Shown piece by piece: positions 48,824 to 60,456 of a stretch of DNA of 64,000 nt. Source of the DNA: Heptranchias perlo. Taxonomy: Eukaryota. Position numbers and translations under genes: made by a program. The notes below the pieces were generated by a model. It had not been told where the DNA came from. It worked only from the letters and a program-made list of their open reading frames with translations, and did not search any database. Numbering within the stretch: the first letter of the stretch is position 1; each line of letters opens with the position of its first letter. The stretch is from positions 34,472,001 through 34,536,000 of the forward strand of contig NC_090355.1 of the NCBI RefSeq assembly GCF_035084215.1, read 5' to 3'.

Positions 48824-51612
48824 CCATCTCGTACACCAACTTTACAGCAGACGCCGCAACCTCGAAACTAAGATAGAGCCCATACTCTCAACCTGTACTC
48901 CGGACACAGCAGACCAGCTGCGAGACACCGCCAAACAGACGAGGCAATGGAACTACGCTGCCTACATGAAAACCAAGAGCAGGAAGCTTGAGAAACTCGG
49001 CATCACCACCAGCATCGATCAAGCTTCCCCTGGTACCATGGTTGCAACCACAGGGAAGTCTATCGTCAATTTGTCCGACCACACCCTTCAACCAGACGAA
49101 ATCGAAGTTCTCAGCTGAGGGTTCAATTTCTGCCCCACTACCAAAATGGACCCCATTAGTCTCGCGGCGGACACAGAGGAATTCATCAGGAGAATGAGGC
49201 TCCGGGAATTTTTCCACAAACCCCAAGATTTCAGCAGCGAACCCAATGAGACAATCAACGATCCGGAACAGCAGACAGAGGGATCCGCGGTACAGCAACC
49301 GAAGAGGAAAGAGTCAAACTGGACTCCTCCGGAGGGTCGCTGCCCTCAGCTGGACATGTATGCTCAAGCTGTCAGGAAATGCGTCAATGCCAGATTCATC
49401 AGGCGCACTCAGAAGACAGTCCAGAATGTCACCCGAGCACAACGCAACGCTCTCAAGACCAACCGCAACATCGTCATCAAACCAGCGGACAAGGAGGAGC
49501 CATCGTCATGCAGAACAGAACGGACTATTGCAAAGAAGCATACCGACAACTGGACAACCAGGAACACTACAGACGGTTACCCGCAGATGCGACCAAAGAA
49601 CACACCCACCAGCTCAACAAACTGATCGAGACCTTCGATCCAGACCTTCAAAGCATCCTACGTGCTCTCATCCCACGTACTCCCCGCGTGGGAGACTTCT
49701 ACTGCCTCCCAAAGATACACAAAGCCAACACACCCGGACGTCCTATCGTATCAGGCAACGGAACCCTGTGTGAGAACCTCTCTGGATACATCGAGGGCAT
49801 CCTGAAACCCATCGTACAGGGAACCCCCAGCTTCTGTTGCGACACTACAGACTTCCTACAAAAACTCAGTACCCACGGACCAGTTGAACCAGGAACACTT
49901 CTCACCACGATGGACGTCTCGGCACTCTACACCAGTATCCCCCACGATGACTGCATCGCTGCGACAGCATCAATACTCAACACCAACAACAGCCAATCTC
50001 CAGACGCCATCCGACAACTCATCCGCTTCATCCTGGATCACAATATCTTCACCTTCGATAACCAGTTCTTTACCCAAACACACGGAACAGCCATGGGGAC
50101 CAAATTCGCACCCCAACACACCAACATTTTCATGCACAAGTTCGAGCAGGGCTTCTTCACTGCACAGGACCTCCAACCAACGCTATACACCAGATACATC
50201 GACGACATTTTCTGTCTATGGACCCACGGTGAAGAATCACTAAAGAGACTACACGATAACATCAACAAGTTCCATCCGACCATCAAGCTCACCATGGATT
50301 ACTCCTCAGAATCAGTTTCTTTCTTGGACACACGAATCTCCATCAAAGACGGGCACCTCAGCACCTCACTCTACCGCAAGCCCACTGACAACCTCACGAT
50401 GCTCCACTTTTCCAGCTTCCACCCTAACCACGTCAAAGAGGCCATCCCCTATGGACAGGCCCTGCGAATACACAGGGTCTGCTCAGACGAGGAGGAACAC
50501 GATGGACACCTACAGACGCTGAAAGACGCCCTAGTAAGAACAGGATATGACGCTCGACTCATCGATCGACAGTTCCGACGGGCCACAGCGAAGAATCGCA
50601 TAGACCTCCTCAGAAGACGAACACGGGACACAACCAACAGAGTACCCTTCGTCGTCCAGTACTTCCCCGGAGCGGAGAAACTACACCATGTTCTCCGCAG
50701 CCTTCAACATGTCATCAATGACAACGAACACCTCGCTATGGCCATCCCCACATCTCCACTACTCTCCTTTAAACAGCCACCCAACCTCAAACAGACCATC
50801 ATTCGCAGCAAATTACCCAGCTTTCAGGAGAACAGCATCCACGACACCACACAACCCTGCCACGGTAACCTCAGCAAGACATGCCAGATCATCGACACAG
50901 ATACCACCATCACACGAGAGGACACCACCCACCAGGTGCATGGTTCATACTCCTGTGACTCGGCCAACGTTGTCTACCTCATACGTTGCAGGAAAGGATG
51001 CCCCAGAGCATGGTACATTGGCGAGACCATGCAGACGCTGCGACAACGGATGAACGGACACCGCGCAACAATCGCCAGACAGGAGGGTTCCCTTCCAGTC
51101 GGGGAACACTTCAGCAGTCAAGGACATTCAGCCACCGACCTTCGGGTAAGCATACTCCAAGGCGGCCTTCGATCTACATGACAACGCAAAATCGTCGAGC
51201 AGAAATTGATAGCCAAGTTCCGCACCCATGAGGACGGCATCAACCGGGATCTTGGGTTCATGTCACGCTACACGTAACCCCACCAGCGAACAAAAGTTAT
51301 CTGTTTATAATATAACGGGTCATTTGCTGTCTTTCTCTTCCTTCCGGATGTTTCTGCCTCTTTTTTTTGGTGGTTTGTATATTCGGTGGCCCTGTAGGTA
51401 ACACCTCTCTGTCTGAACACTTTGATTGCCTTGGCAACGGGCAGTTGGAAAGACTATCTGTAATCACCAGGTATTGTTCTGTGATTTATAAATGCGAAAG
51501 GTTCGAGAATTTCTTGACATTCACCTGAGGAAGGAGGAAGCCTCCGCAAGCTTGTGATTTTCAAATAAAATTGTTGGACTATAACTTGGTGTTGTAAAAT
51601 TGTTTACAATTG
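48824..51612 (+). mobile_element. Penelope-like retroelement (RT + GIY-YIG endonuclease), 5'-truncated, slightly disabled, with 3' pseudo-LTR
   Basis: IVNLS...GFNFCPT, KPADK/GG (frameshift), FYCLPKIHK...PGRPIVSG, GTAMGT, YTRYIDDIF, LYRKPT, VVYLIRC...WYIGET. Flanked by direct repeat TCAGCTGTAAAG (48812-48823, 51613-51624) inside a CR1 fragment. Confidence 0.95.
51519..51559 (+). ncRNA. Minimal type I hammerhead ribozyme motif of the Penelope pseudo-LTR, core mutated (GCAA for GAAA)
   Basis: attcac-CTGAGGA-a-ggagg aag cctcc-GCAA-gctt-gtgatt. Confidence 0.75.
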
Positions 51613-52059
51613 TCAGCTGTAAAGTGCCTTGGTCAGATCCCATCTGGAGTACTACATCCCTCACCGATCCCTTCGAGCAATCGAAACCAGTCCAGGAGAT
51701 TACGTGGATCAAGTGTTATCTATAAAGTTACTTACCTTCTATATGATGCAATCTCTGTCCCAGTCAAGAACCAGTCCAGCTTCCTCTTGAAGGCAAACAG
51801 AGAGTCAGCACCCATCCCACCAGCCAGCAACATATTCCAGAGGCTCACTACTCTCTGGGAAAGAAGAACTGCTTTTCAATTAATTTTATTTTTTTTAATT
51901 CATTCTTGGGATGTGGGGGTCACTGGCAAGGCCAGCATTTATTGCCCATCCCTAGTTGCCTTTGAGGAGGTGCAGTCTGTGGGGTGAAGGTACTCCTACA
52001 GTGATGTCAGGTAGGGAGTTCATTCATTGTCGCTGGTCCAAGTCGGGACAACAGCAGTG

Positions 52060-52185
52060 AAGCAAAAAACTGCAGATGCTGGAAATCTGTAACACAAAAT
52101 GTTGGAAAGACTCAGCAGGTCAGGCAGCATCTACAGAGATGACAGCCAAGGTAACATTTCAGGTGTGGACCCTTCTAATGAAGGC
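52060..52185 (-). mobile_element. Terminal-repeat fragment of the second Penelope-like family (other pieces at ~8095-8140, ~33420-33498, ~62530-62605)
   Basis: Recurrent sequence agatgctgcctgacctgctgag...cagatttccagcatctgcagt. Confidence 0.6.
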
Positions 52186-52440
52186 TAGATACCTGCAACA
52201 GGTGCTGACTGACTTGCAGAGCTTTGCTTGAGAGGAAGGGTGGGTTATGGACATAGGAACAAGGGTAGGCCATTCAGCCCCTTGAGCCTGTTCTGCCATT
52301 CAAATACCCTTGCCGAACAAAAATCTATAAATCTCAGGTTTAGAAATTTACAATTGAAAATCGATAATAGTCAGTCCCGTCTCAAGAGATCGATGGGACC
52401 GATAGGAATTTGGGGGCATTGCCCTTTTAAGAAGGAGGTT

Positions 52441-52580
52441 AAGGCGTCACTTTCCCGCGCCAGCTGGCTGATTTGGTTACACTTCGGGGGTGGCGTCGCG
52501 CGCGGCCCAATGTCAAATTGACAAGTTTCCATTCACAAAAAAAGAAACAGTTACTCCTCGCTCAGTCGCAACGTTCTAGA
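52441..52580 (+). promoter_or_regulatory. ENDOG proximal promoter / 5'UTR (start of CpG island)
   Basis: E2F-type TTTCCCGC at 52451-52458, CCAAT at ~52507, CpG-dense sequence continuing through exon 1. Confidence 0.5.
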
Positions 52581-53120
52581 ATGCGGCGCGTTCTCCGCTC
52601 GCGGTGGCTGCTGGCGGGAGTTTCCTTGGCCGCGGGAGCCGGGCTAGGGGCCGGATTCAGGACCCACCGGGACGGCGAGGCTTCCGACTCTCTCGTCCGC
52701 TTCCCGGTGATCCCGATCCCGGCTGTAGCCGCGGATGCCATCGGCGGCGGCGGGACGCTGGTGCCCTCCGGCCCGGCTCCGCTGTCCCCTAGCCGGACCG
52801 CCGAGATCATGAAGTTCGGCTTCCCGGCTCTGTCCCACATCAAGTCCCGCGAGTCCTACGTGCTGGCCTACGACCCCCGCACCAGGAACGCCCAGTGGGT
52901 GCTGGAGCAGCTGGACGAGGTCAGGCTGGGCCAGGCCTGCTCCGACCGCGGTCGGTGCGAGTTCAGGGAGGATGAGTCGGTGCACGAGTACCACCGAGCC
53001 CGGAACGGCGACTTCAAAGGCAGCGGCTTCGACCGGGGCCACCTGGCGGCGGCCGCCAACCACAGGCACAGCCAGAAATGCATGGACGACACCTTCTACC
53101 TCAGCAACGTGGTGCCGCAG
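52581..53120 (+). CDS. ENDOG: Endonuclease G, mitochondrial, exon 1
   Basis: Arg-rich presequence MRRVLRSRWLLAG...; IMKFGFP, RESYVLAYDPRTRNAQWVLEQL, FDRGHLAAAANH (catalytic DRGH), DDTFYLSNVVPQ; donor CAG|GTAAAC. Confidence 0.95.
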
Positions 53121-53725
53121 GTAAACAGGGGAGGGGTGTGGGTGCCAGTAGTAGATTTGTTAAACCCACTCTTTGTACCAGTATCTAGCACACTTGATAT
53201 GATCCCATTCCGCTCTTTGCTTTGGTCAGTCCCACGCAGGAGCTGGCCAGCCTTCATAGAACCTGACAGCACAGAAGGAGGCCATTCGGCCCATCGTGTC
53301 TGTGCCAGCTCTTTGATAGAACTATCCAATTAGACCCACCCTGCTCATTCCCCCCAGCCCTGCAAATTTTTCCTCCCTCTCCGTTGACGGATCTGTGCAC
53401 TTCCTGTTTTTTTAATGACGGTCTGGAGTGCGTTACAAGGGAGCCATAGGTTGGGATTGAGATTATATAAATTGTGCATGTGGGTTGTACCATTCAACAA
53501 GATCATCAATACCCTGAGCTGTGCTGCACCCTTGAAACACGTCGTCCTGTGTTCATCTCTACTTTGGCAAGGTTTTCTATTTAATTATCTTCAAACATCA
53601 TGGAGGACAGCATCATGGACAATGGTGACCCTTCACAAGTGAATCAAATGGCTTGAGGTGAAGTACTCTTGTTACTTTTACACTGAAACATAGGAATTGC
53701 CGGACGAAAGACGACCAAGGTTCAT

Positions 53726-53824
53726 TTTCACATCGTTCACCTGACGAAGGAGGAAGCCTCCGAAAGCTTGTGAATTTAAAATAAAATTGCTGGACTATAA
53801 CTTGGTGTTGTAAAATTGTTTACA
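53726..53824 (+). mobile_element. Solo Penelope pseudo-LTR insertion (~100 bp) in ENDOG intron 1
   Basis: Near-identical to 51519-51609; flanked by 9-bp direct repeat AAGGTTCAT (53717-53725, 53825-53833). Confidence 0.9.
53735..53775 (+). ncRNA. Intact minimal type I hammerhead ribozyme
   Basis: Stem I gttcac/gtgaat; core CTGACGA; stem II ggagg/cctcc; GAAA; palindromic stem III AGCT; cleavage triplet CUU (after 53769). Confidence 0.8.
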
Positions 53825-54368
53825 AAGGTTCATCTAGTTCGCCTTCTACCATCCTAGTGGTCACCTGCTACAACGATAATGGAGTTGTTGACTAATCGTA
53901 GCAATCAATTAGTCTCCAACAGACCCAGACATGAGGCGACGAAAACCCCCAGTGGTGGAAAGATTTGGGAATCATAGGTCCAAAGTCACCTGTTCCTCTC
54001 GAGCATTGCTACACTTACCACATCGAATTCATTGGCCTCACGTCAGAATGCTCTGAGTCAGAAGGTTGTGGATTCAAGTCCCCCTCCAGAGTCTTGATCA
54101 CATAATCTAGGCTGACCCTCCAGTACAGTACCGAAGGAGTGCTGCACTGTCGGAGGTGCCGTCTTTCAAATGAGACTTTAAACCGAGGCCCTGTCTGCCC
54201 TCTCGGATGGACATAAAAGATCCCTTGGCACTATTTCGAATAAGAGCAGGGGAGTTCTCCCCGGTGTCCTGGGGCCAATATTTATCCCTCAACCAACATC
54301 ACTAAAACAGATTATCTGTACGAGGGTTAGTTTGTATTTGCTCTGTTTCTCTTCATTTCCTCCTTTAG

Positions 54369-54478
54369 AATCCTAATTTAAATCAAAATGCCTGGAACAA
54401 CCTTGAGAAGTACTGCCGGAGCCTGACCAAATACAACAAGAACGTGTACGTCTGCACTGGACCCCTCTACCTGCCGAG
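54369..54478 (+). CDS. ENDOG: ENDOG exon 2
   Basis: NPNLNQNAWNNLEKYCRSLTKYNKNVYVCTGPLYLPR; tAG / GTATGC. Not in the ORF track. Confidence 0.96.
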
Positions 54479-55196
54479 GTATGCCTCTACCTATCCATCA
54501 GGTTACGTAGAACAGAAAAGGATCTATTATTAAACCCAGTGTAATTCGCGTATGGACAGGTTGAACTCGGCTGTGATGCCTTCCATGGTCAAATAGCCTT
54601 ACTCACTTTCAGGATTCAAAAGTTAATGATGGCCACCCTAGGTGAGGTACTGGAAGGAGGCCGCTACATTTGCAACTGTTCCGCAAAGAGGTGAATCAAC
54701 ACTTTCAGGAGGGGAAGGAAGGAAATGGGTGAGACAGGAAGACAGACTTCACAGAACAGCTCAGCACGGTGCCCCACCACAACCCCATGCTATAACCTCC
54801 CGAATTCGGCAGTACCCCCGGGACCCATCGAGGAGAGGCCCAGGAGGAAGTGTGGGGATAGTGGGAGGAGACTCCTTGCAACCTGCACGAGCAGCCTTGG
54901 TGGAGTCCCAGAAGCAGCTCGTTCACCCGGCCTGGGATGCAGAGAACACGAGGGGCGGCGGCGGCGGGGTGGGGGGAGAGAGAGAGAGTGTGTGTAAAGA
55001 GCAACACTGCGCCCCGCCCACCCCCCACCCCACCCCCCAAAAAAAACCACCACGGACCAGTCTCAGTAAAAAGGGATTCTCACAATGTTACAAAGAAGCA
55101 GTTCCCACAAATTGATTAACCCTTTAAACACAAATTGAGTTTCCTTCTCAACAGAGTTGATGAACTCAGCGATTGAACACTGTAAAATTTATTTCG

Positions 55197-55600
55197 GAAC
55201 AGGAGGAGGCCATTCAGCCCCTCGAGCCTGCTCTGCCATTCGGTTAGATCATGGTTGATCTATATCTTAACTCATTTGCTCCATATCCCTCGATACCCTT
55301 ACCTAACAAAAATCTATCGATATCTGTCTTGAAATTTCCAATTGACCCCCAGCATCCACAGCCTTTTGAGGGAGAGAGTTCCTGATTTCCACTCCCCTTT
55401 GTGTGAAAAAAGGCTTCCTGATTTTGCTCCTAAACGGCCTGGCACTAATTTTAAGATTATATCCTCTCATTCTTGATTCCCCCCACCAGAGGAAGTAGCT
55501 TCTCTGTACCTACCCTTTGAATCCTTTTAACGTTTTAAACACCTCGATCAGATCACCCCTCACTCTTTTACATTCAAGGGAATACAGGCCAAGTTTATGC
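55197..55600 (-). mobile_element. CR1 LINE 3' fragment in ENDOG intron 2
   Basis: Tail ggaacaggaggaggccattcagcccctcgag and ORF2 end. Confidence 0.82.
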
Positions 55601-56112
55601 GTTTATTTACTATCCAGCAATTATGTGTCAGCTTGCCTCTCATCTCTGAGGCAGAAGATCATGGGTTCACGTCCCACTCTAGAGACTTCAGCACACAATC
55701 TACAAGGTACATCAGTGCAGTACTGAGGGAGTGCTGCATTGCTCAAAGTCTTGTCTTTCAGATGAGACATTAAACAAAGGCCTCTGTTCAGGGGGATGTA
55801 AAAGTTCCCATTGACCTAGTTCAGATCACCCCTCAATCTTTGCCCCTAAGAAGAGCAGGGGAGTTCTCCCGGTGTCCTGGCCAACAATTATCCCTCAAAC
55901 GACATCAAAAACAAACAAGCTGGTCATTTATTTCATTGCTGTTAGTGGGATCGTGCTGTGCGTAAATTGGCTATCGTGTTTGCCTACATTACAACGGCGA
56001 CTGCACTTCAAAAAGTAATTAATTGACTGTGAAGTGCTTTGGGATGTCCATGAAAGGTGCTGTCTAAATGCAAGTTCTTTTAAAACAGGCTTGTTTGGGT
56101 TTTTTTTAACAG

Positions 56113-56395
56113 GATGGAGCCAGACGGGAAGATGTATGTGAAGTATCAGGTCATCGGGAAGAATAACGTCGCTGTCCCGACGCATATCTTTAAAGTAGTG
56201 ATACTGGAAAAGCATAACGGAGAAATCGAACTGCGATCGTACGTGATGCCGAACCAGCCAGTGATGGAGAATAACTCCCTCGAATGCTATCTGGTGCCGA
56301 TTGAGAGCATTGAACGGGCGTCTGGCCTCCTGTTTGTCAGCAACATTCTGAAAAGAAGCAATAATCTCAAGGCCATAAGCGCAGGCAGTAAATAA
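56113..56395 (+). CDS. ENDOG: ENDOG exon 3 (to stop codon)
   Basis: MEPDGKMYVKYQVIGKNNVAVPTHIFKV...VPIESIERASGLLFV...AISAGSK*. Total CDS 933 nt = 310 aa. Confidence 0.96.
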
Positions 56396-58366
56396 ATGGC
56401 ACGTCTGGTAGTGACCGAGGTAGGAGTTTGCCAGGAGAGGGGAAAGGAAATATTGACATTAATGAATTGCTCCCCTTCATTTCCTTTGAATACTTAAATT
56501 AGTTGGTAAAGTTTATTCTTAATCCCAAGTCGCTTCATTCAAATTATCTGATCATTTGGAATTTTTTAAGCACTAAATATCCACATCGCCATGTCATTTA
56601 TATTGCCTGCTTCGAATTATTATTGAATAATTCAAAACTTTTAAGTGTAGAATCATAACCGTTGAATTATTGGGAGTGGACTATTGTTGGAGCATTTTAA
56701 GATTTCCCCTAACTGGTAGTAAAAGTTACTTCAGACAGCCGTGCTGCAGCCTCGAGACATCAGATGGTTCAGATCTTTTTATTTTATTCATTCTTGGGGG
56801 ATGTAAGTGACACTGGCAAGGCCAGCATTTATTGCCCTTGAGAAGGTGGTGGTGAGCCACCTTCTTGAACCGCTGCAGTCCGTGTGGTGAAGGTTCTCCC
56901 ACAGTGCTGTGAGGTAGGGAGTTCCAGGATTTTGACCCAGCGACGATGAAGGAACGGCCGATATATGTCCAAGTCGGGACGGTGTGTGACTTGGAGAAAA
57001 TGGAGGTGATGGTGTTCCCATGCACCTGCTGCCCTTGTCCTTCTAGGTGGTGGTTGCGGGTCTGAGAGGTGCTGCTGAAGAAGATTTGGCGAATTACTGC
57101 AAACCGCCAGCAGGCGAAGGCCTAGAATCGGCGAGGGATCGTTTGAAGTGCAAACAAGCCTCTTACTTTAAAGTCGTGTTCCCTCCCCCCGGGGCCGTGG
57201 ACCACCCGTGATGTTGCGGGTGGACAAAGCAGGAGTTGGGTCTCGCCTGGCCCCCACCTTTCCGGTTAATTAGGGGGATCTGTCGTATCATCGGTTACTG
57301 TCGAGACGAAATGCCATCAAACCGAGAACATCTGGATTGTATCTGTGTCACTCAGTCGGTGTTGGCATGTTTCGGGTTGTCTGGGTTTGAGCTGTGAGGT
57401 GTTAATCACCACCCCCTCCCAGTCAATGGGAGTTTAAACCCTGTCAGTCGGAGCAGCGACCATAAAGGCAGCTTCAGCTGGAGCTCGGCTATCGTGCTGT
57501 GTTTGGACAATCCCACGTGTTAGGGTTTTTTCTTTCAAATGATTAATCCAGCTTTAACTTTTCTATAGAGGCAGTGGAGAGATGTTTACAACAAACTTTT
57601 AATTTTATTTTTATGAGAAAAAAAAGATTGACATCACTATATTTTGAGAGTATTTTTAAATACTGTGTTTGGGGTACTGATTGGACTCTGATTTGAAACG
57701 GTTACTGTAACGTATTGTTAGTCAGAGGTGCTGTGTTTCAGATGAGACATTAAATCGAGGCCCCTTTTCCCCTCTCAGGTGGACATGGACGATCCCACTA
57801 TTTGAAGAGGAGAAGGGAAGTTCTGTCCAGTATCCTGGCCTATATTTATCCTTCAACCAACACCACTGGAAAAAAAGATTAACTGGTCATTATCACACTG
57901 CTGTTTATGGGAGCTTGCTATGCGCAAATTAGCTGCCGTGTTTCCTACATTACAACAGTGATTACGCTTCAAAAGTACTTCATTTTGTGAAACGCTTTGG
58001 GACGTCCTGAGGTCATGAAAGGCGCTACATAAATGCAAGTTTTTCTTTAAAACATCCCAAGACGCTTCACAGGCAGTAACCGGACACCAAGCAATAGAAG
58101 GGTCGGGAGACAATCAAAAGTGTGTTCAAACAGATTGGTTTAGAGGAGGTTTGTTTTTAAAGAGATAGAGAGGTTGCAGGGCGAAGAGGACCTGTAGTCA
58201 GTTGGTCACTGAGTCAATCTATTTGCTGCTGGTCACACTTACTGATGGTAAACACAATGCAACGTTAAGGATGTTACATTTTACATTCAGTGCCACTTTT
58301 GGTAAAGTACTTTGTGACGTGTAAAACCCACGACCATTACAGTTTGTTTATTTTTCTTCTATCAAT

Positions 58367-58377
58367 ATTAAAATAAA
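58367..58377 (+). terminator. Candidate ENDOG polyadenylation signal
   Basis: Overlapping ATTAAA/AATAAA in an AU-rich context, with T/GT-rich sequence downstream. Confidence 0.45.
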
Positions 58378-58447
58378 GTTTTGATCACAAAGGGTTAGCT
58401 GCTCTATTTTGTACTTTGAGCCATTATCAATAGGTGTATGTGATAGG

Positions 58448-60022
58448 TACATAGGAACAGGAGTAGGCCATTCAGCCCCTCGTGCCTGCTCCGCCATTTG
58501 ATAAGATCATGGCTGATCTGTGATCTAACTCCATATACCTGCCTTTGGCCCATATCCCTTAATACCTTTGGTTGCCAAAAAGCTATCTATCTCACATTTA
58601 AATTTAGCAATTGAGCTAGTATCAATTGCCGTTTGCGGAAGAGAGTTCCAAACTTCTACCACCCTTTGTGTGTAGAAATGTTTTCTAATCTCGCTCCTGA
58701 AAGGTCTGGCTCTAATTTTTAGACTGTGCCCCCGACTCCTAGAATCCCCAACCAGCGGAAATAGTTTTTCTCTCTACCCACTCTATCCGTTCCCCTTAAT
58801 ATCTTATAAACTTCGATCAGATCACCCCTTAACCTTCCAAACTCTAGAGAATACAACCCCAATTTGTGTAATCTCTCCTCGTAACTTAACCCTTGAAGTC
58901 CGGGTATCATTCTAGTAAACCTACGCTGCACTCCCTCCAAGGCCAATATGTCCTTCCGAAGGTGCGGTGCCCAGAACTGCTCACAGTACTCCAGGTGCGG
59001 TCTAACCAGGGTTTTGTATAGCTGCAGCATAACTTCTGCCCCCTTGTACTCCAGTCCTCTAGATATAAAGGCCAGCATTCCATTAGCCTTATTGATTATT
59101 TTCTGCACCTGTTCATGACACTTCAATGATCTACGTACCTGAACCCCTAAGTCCCTTTGGACATCCACTGTTTTTAACTTTTTACCATTTAGAAAGTACC
59201 CTGTTCTATCCTTTTTTGATCCAAAGTGGATGACCTCACATTTGTCTACATTGAATTCCATTTGCCACAGTTTTGCCCATTCACCTAATCTATCAATATC
59301 GCTTTGTAATTTTATGTTTTCATCTACACTACTTACAATGTCACCAATCTTTGTGTCATCGGCAAACTTAGATATGAGACTTTCTATGCCTTCATCTAAG
59401 TCGATAATAAATATTGTGAATAATTGAGGCCCCAAGACAGATCCCTGCGGGACTCCACTAGTCACATCCTGCCAATGTGAGTACCTACCCATTATCCCTA
59501 CTCTCTGTCGCCTTTCGCTCAGCCAACTTCCTAACCAAGTCCGTACTTTTCCCTCAATTCCATGGGCTTCTATCTTAGCTAACAGTCTCTTATGTGGGAC
59601 TTTATCAAATGCCTTCTGGAAGTCCATATAAATAACATCCATTGACATTCCCCTGACCACTACTTTAGTCACCTCTTCAAAAAATTCAATCAGGTTTGTC
59701 AGACATGACCTACCTTTCACAAATCCATGCTGGCTCTCTCTGATTAACTGAAAATTCTCAAGGTGTTCAGTCACCCTAGCCTTAATTATAGACTCCAGCA
59801 TTTTCCCCACAACAGATGTTAGGCTAACTGGTCTATAATTCCTTGGTTTCCCTCTCTCTCCTTTCTTGAAAAGCGGAGTGATGTGCAATTTTCCAATCTA
59901 GAGGGACAGTTCCTGAATCTAGAGAACTTTGAAAGATTATAGTTAGGGCATCTGCAATGTGCTCACCTACTTCCTTTAAAACCCTGGGATGGAAACCATC
60001 TGGTCCTGGGGATTTGTCACTA
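58448..60022 (-). mobile_element. CR1 LINE, 5'-truncated, long RT frame (58719-59888)
   Basis: PLFKKG..NYRPVSLTSVVGK, QHGFVKGRSCLTNL, DFQKAFDKVPH, GVPQGSVLGP, KFADDTK. Confidence 0.96.
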
Positions 60023-60171
60023 TGATCTTGGTTTGAGCTGCATTAAAGGCAAATTAAGGGACAGCAGCATGTGGTTTATTAAGATTCTAATTTGCAATTT
60101 TAAAACAATTACAGATGTGTTATTGATGACTTTTCAGTCAGGAAAATAATTCAGTGGAATGTCACAAACTT

Positions 60172-60456
60172 AAGAACACAAGAAAGAGAAGCAGGAGTAG
60201 GCCATTCAGCTGCTCGAGCCTGCTCCGCCATTCAGTAAGATCATGGCTGATCTTCTATCTCAACTCCACTTTCCCGCCTGATCCCCATATCCCTTGATTC
60301 CCTTAGTGTCCAAAAATCTATAGATCTCAGTCTTGAATATACTCAACGACTGAGCATCTACAGCCCTCTGGGGTAGAGAATTCTAAAGATTCACAACCCT
60401 CTGAGTGAAGATCCTTTCTCTCATCTCGGTCCTAAATGGCCGACCCCTTATCTTGA
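60172..60456 (-). mobile_element. CR1 LINE 3' fragment
   Basis: Reverse complement of the family at 14332-14750. Confidence 0.82.

Noticed and set aside
52473-52580. Upstream extension of the ENDOG ORF from a TTG start
   Set aside because: Non-AUG start from the ORF caller; the ATG at 52581 gives a proper mitochondrial presequence.
56082-56112. Cryptic acceptor (aaaacAG) 24 nt upstream of ENDOG exon 3, at a SINE tail
   Set aside because: Weak pyrimidine tract and no supporting evidence; the downstream AG gives the conserved junction.
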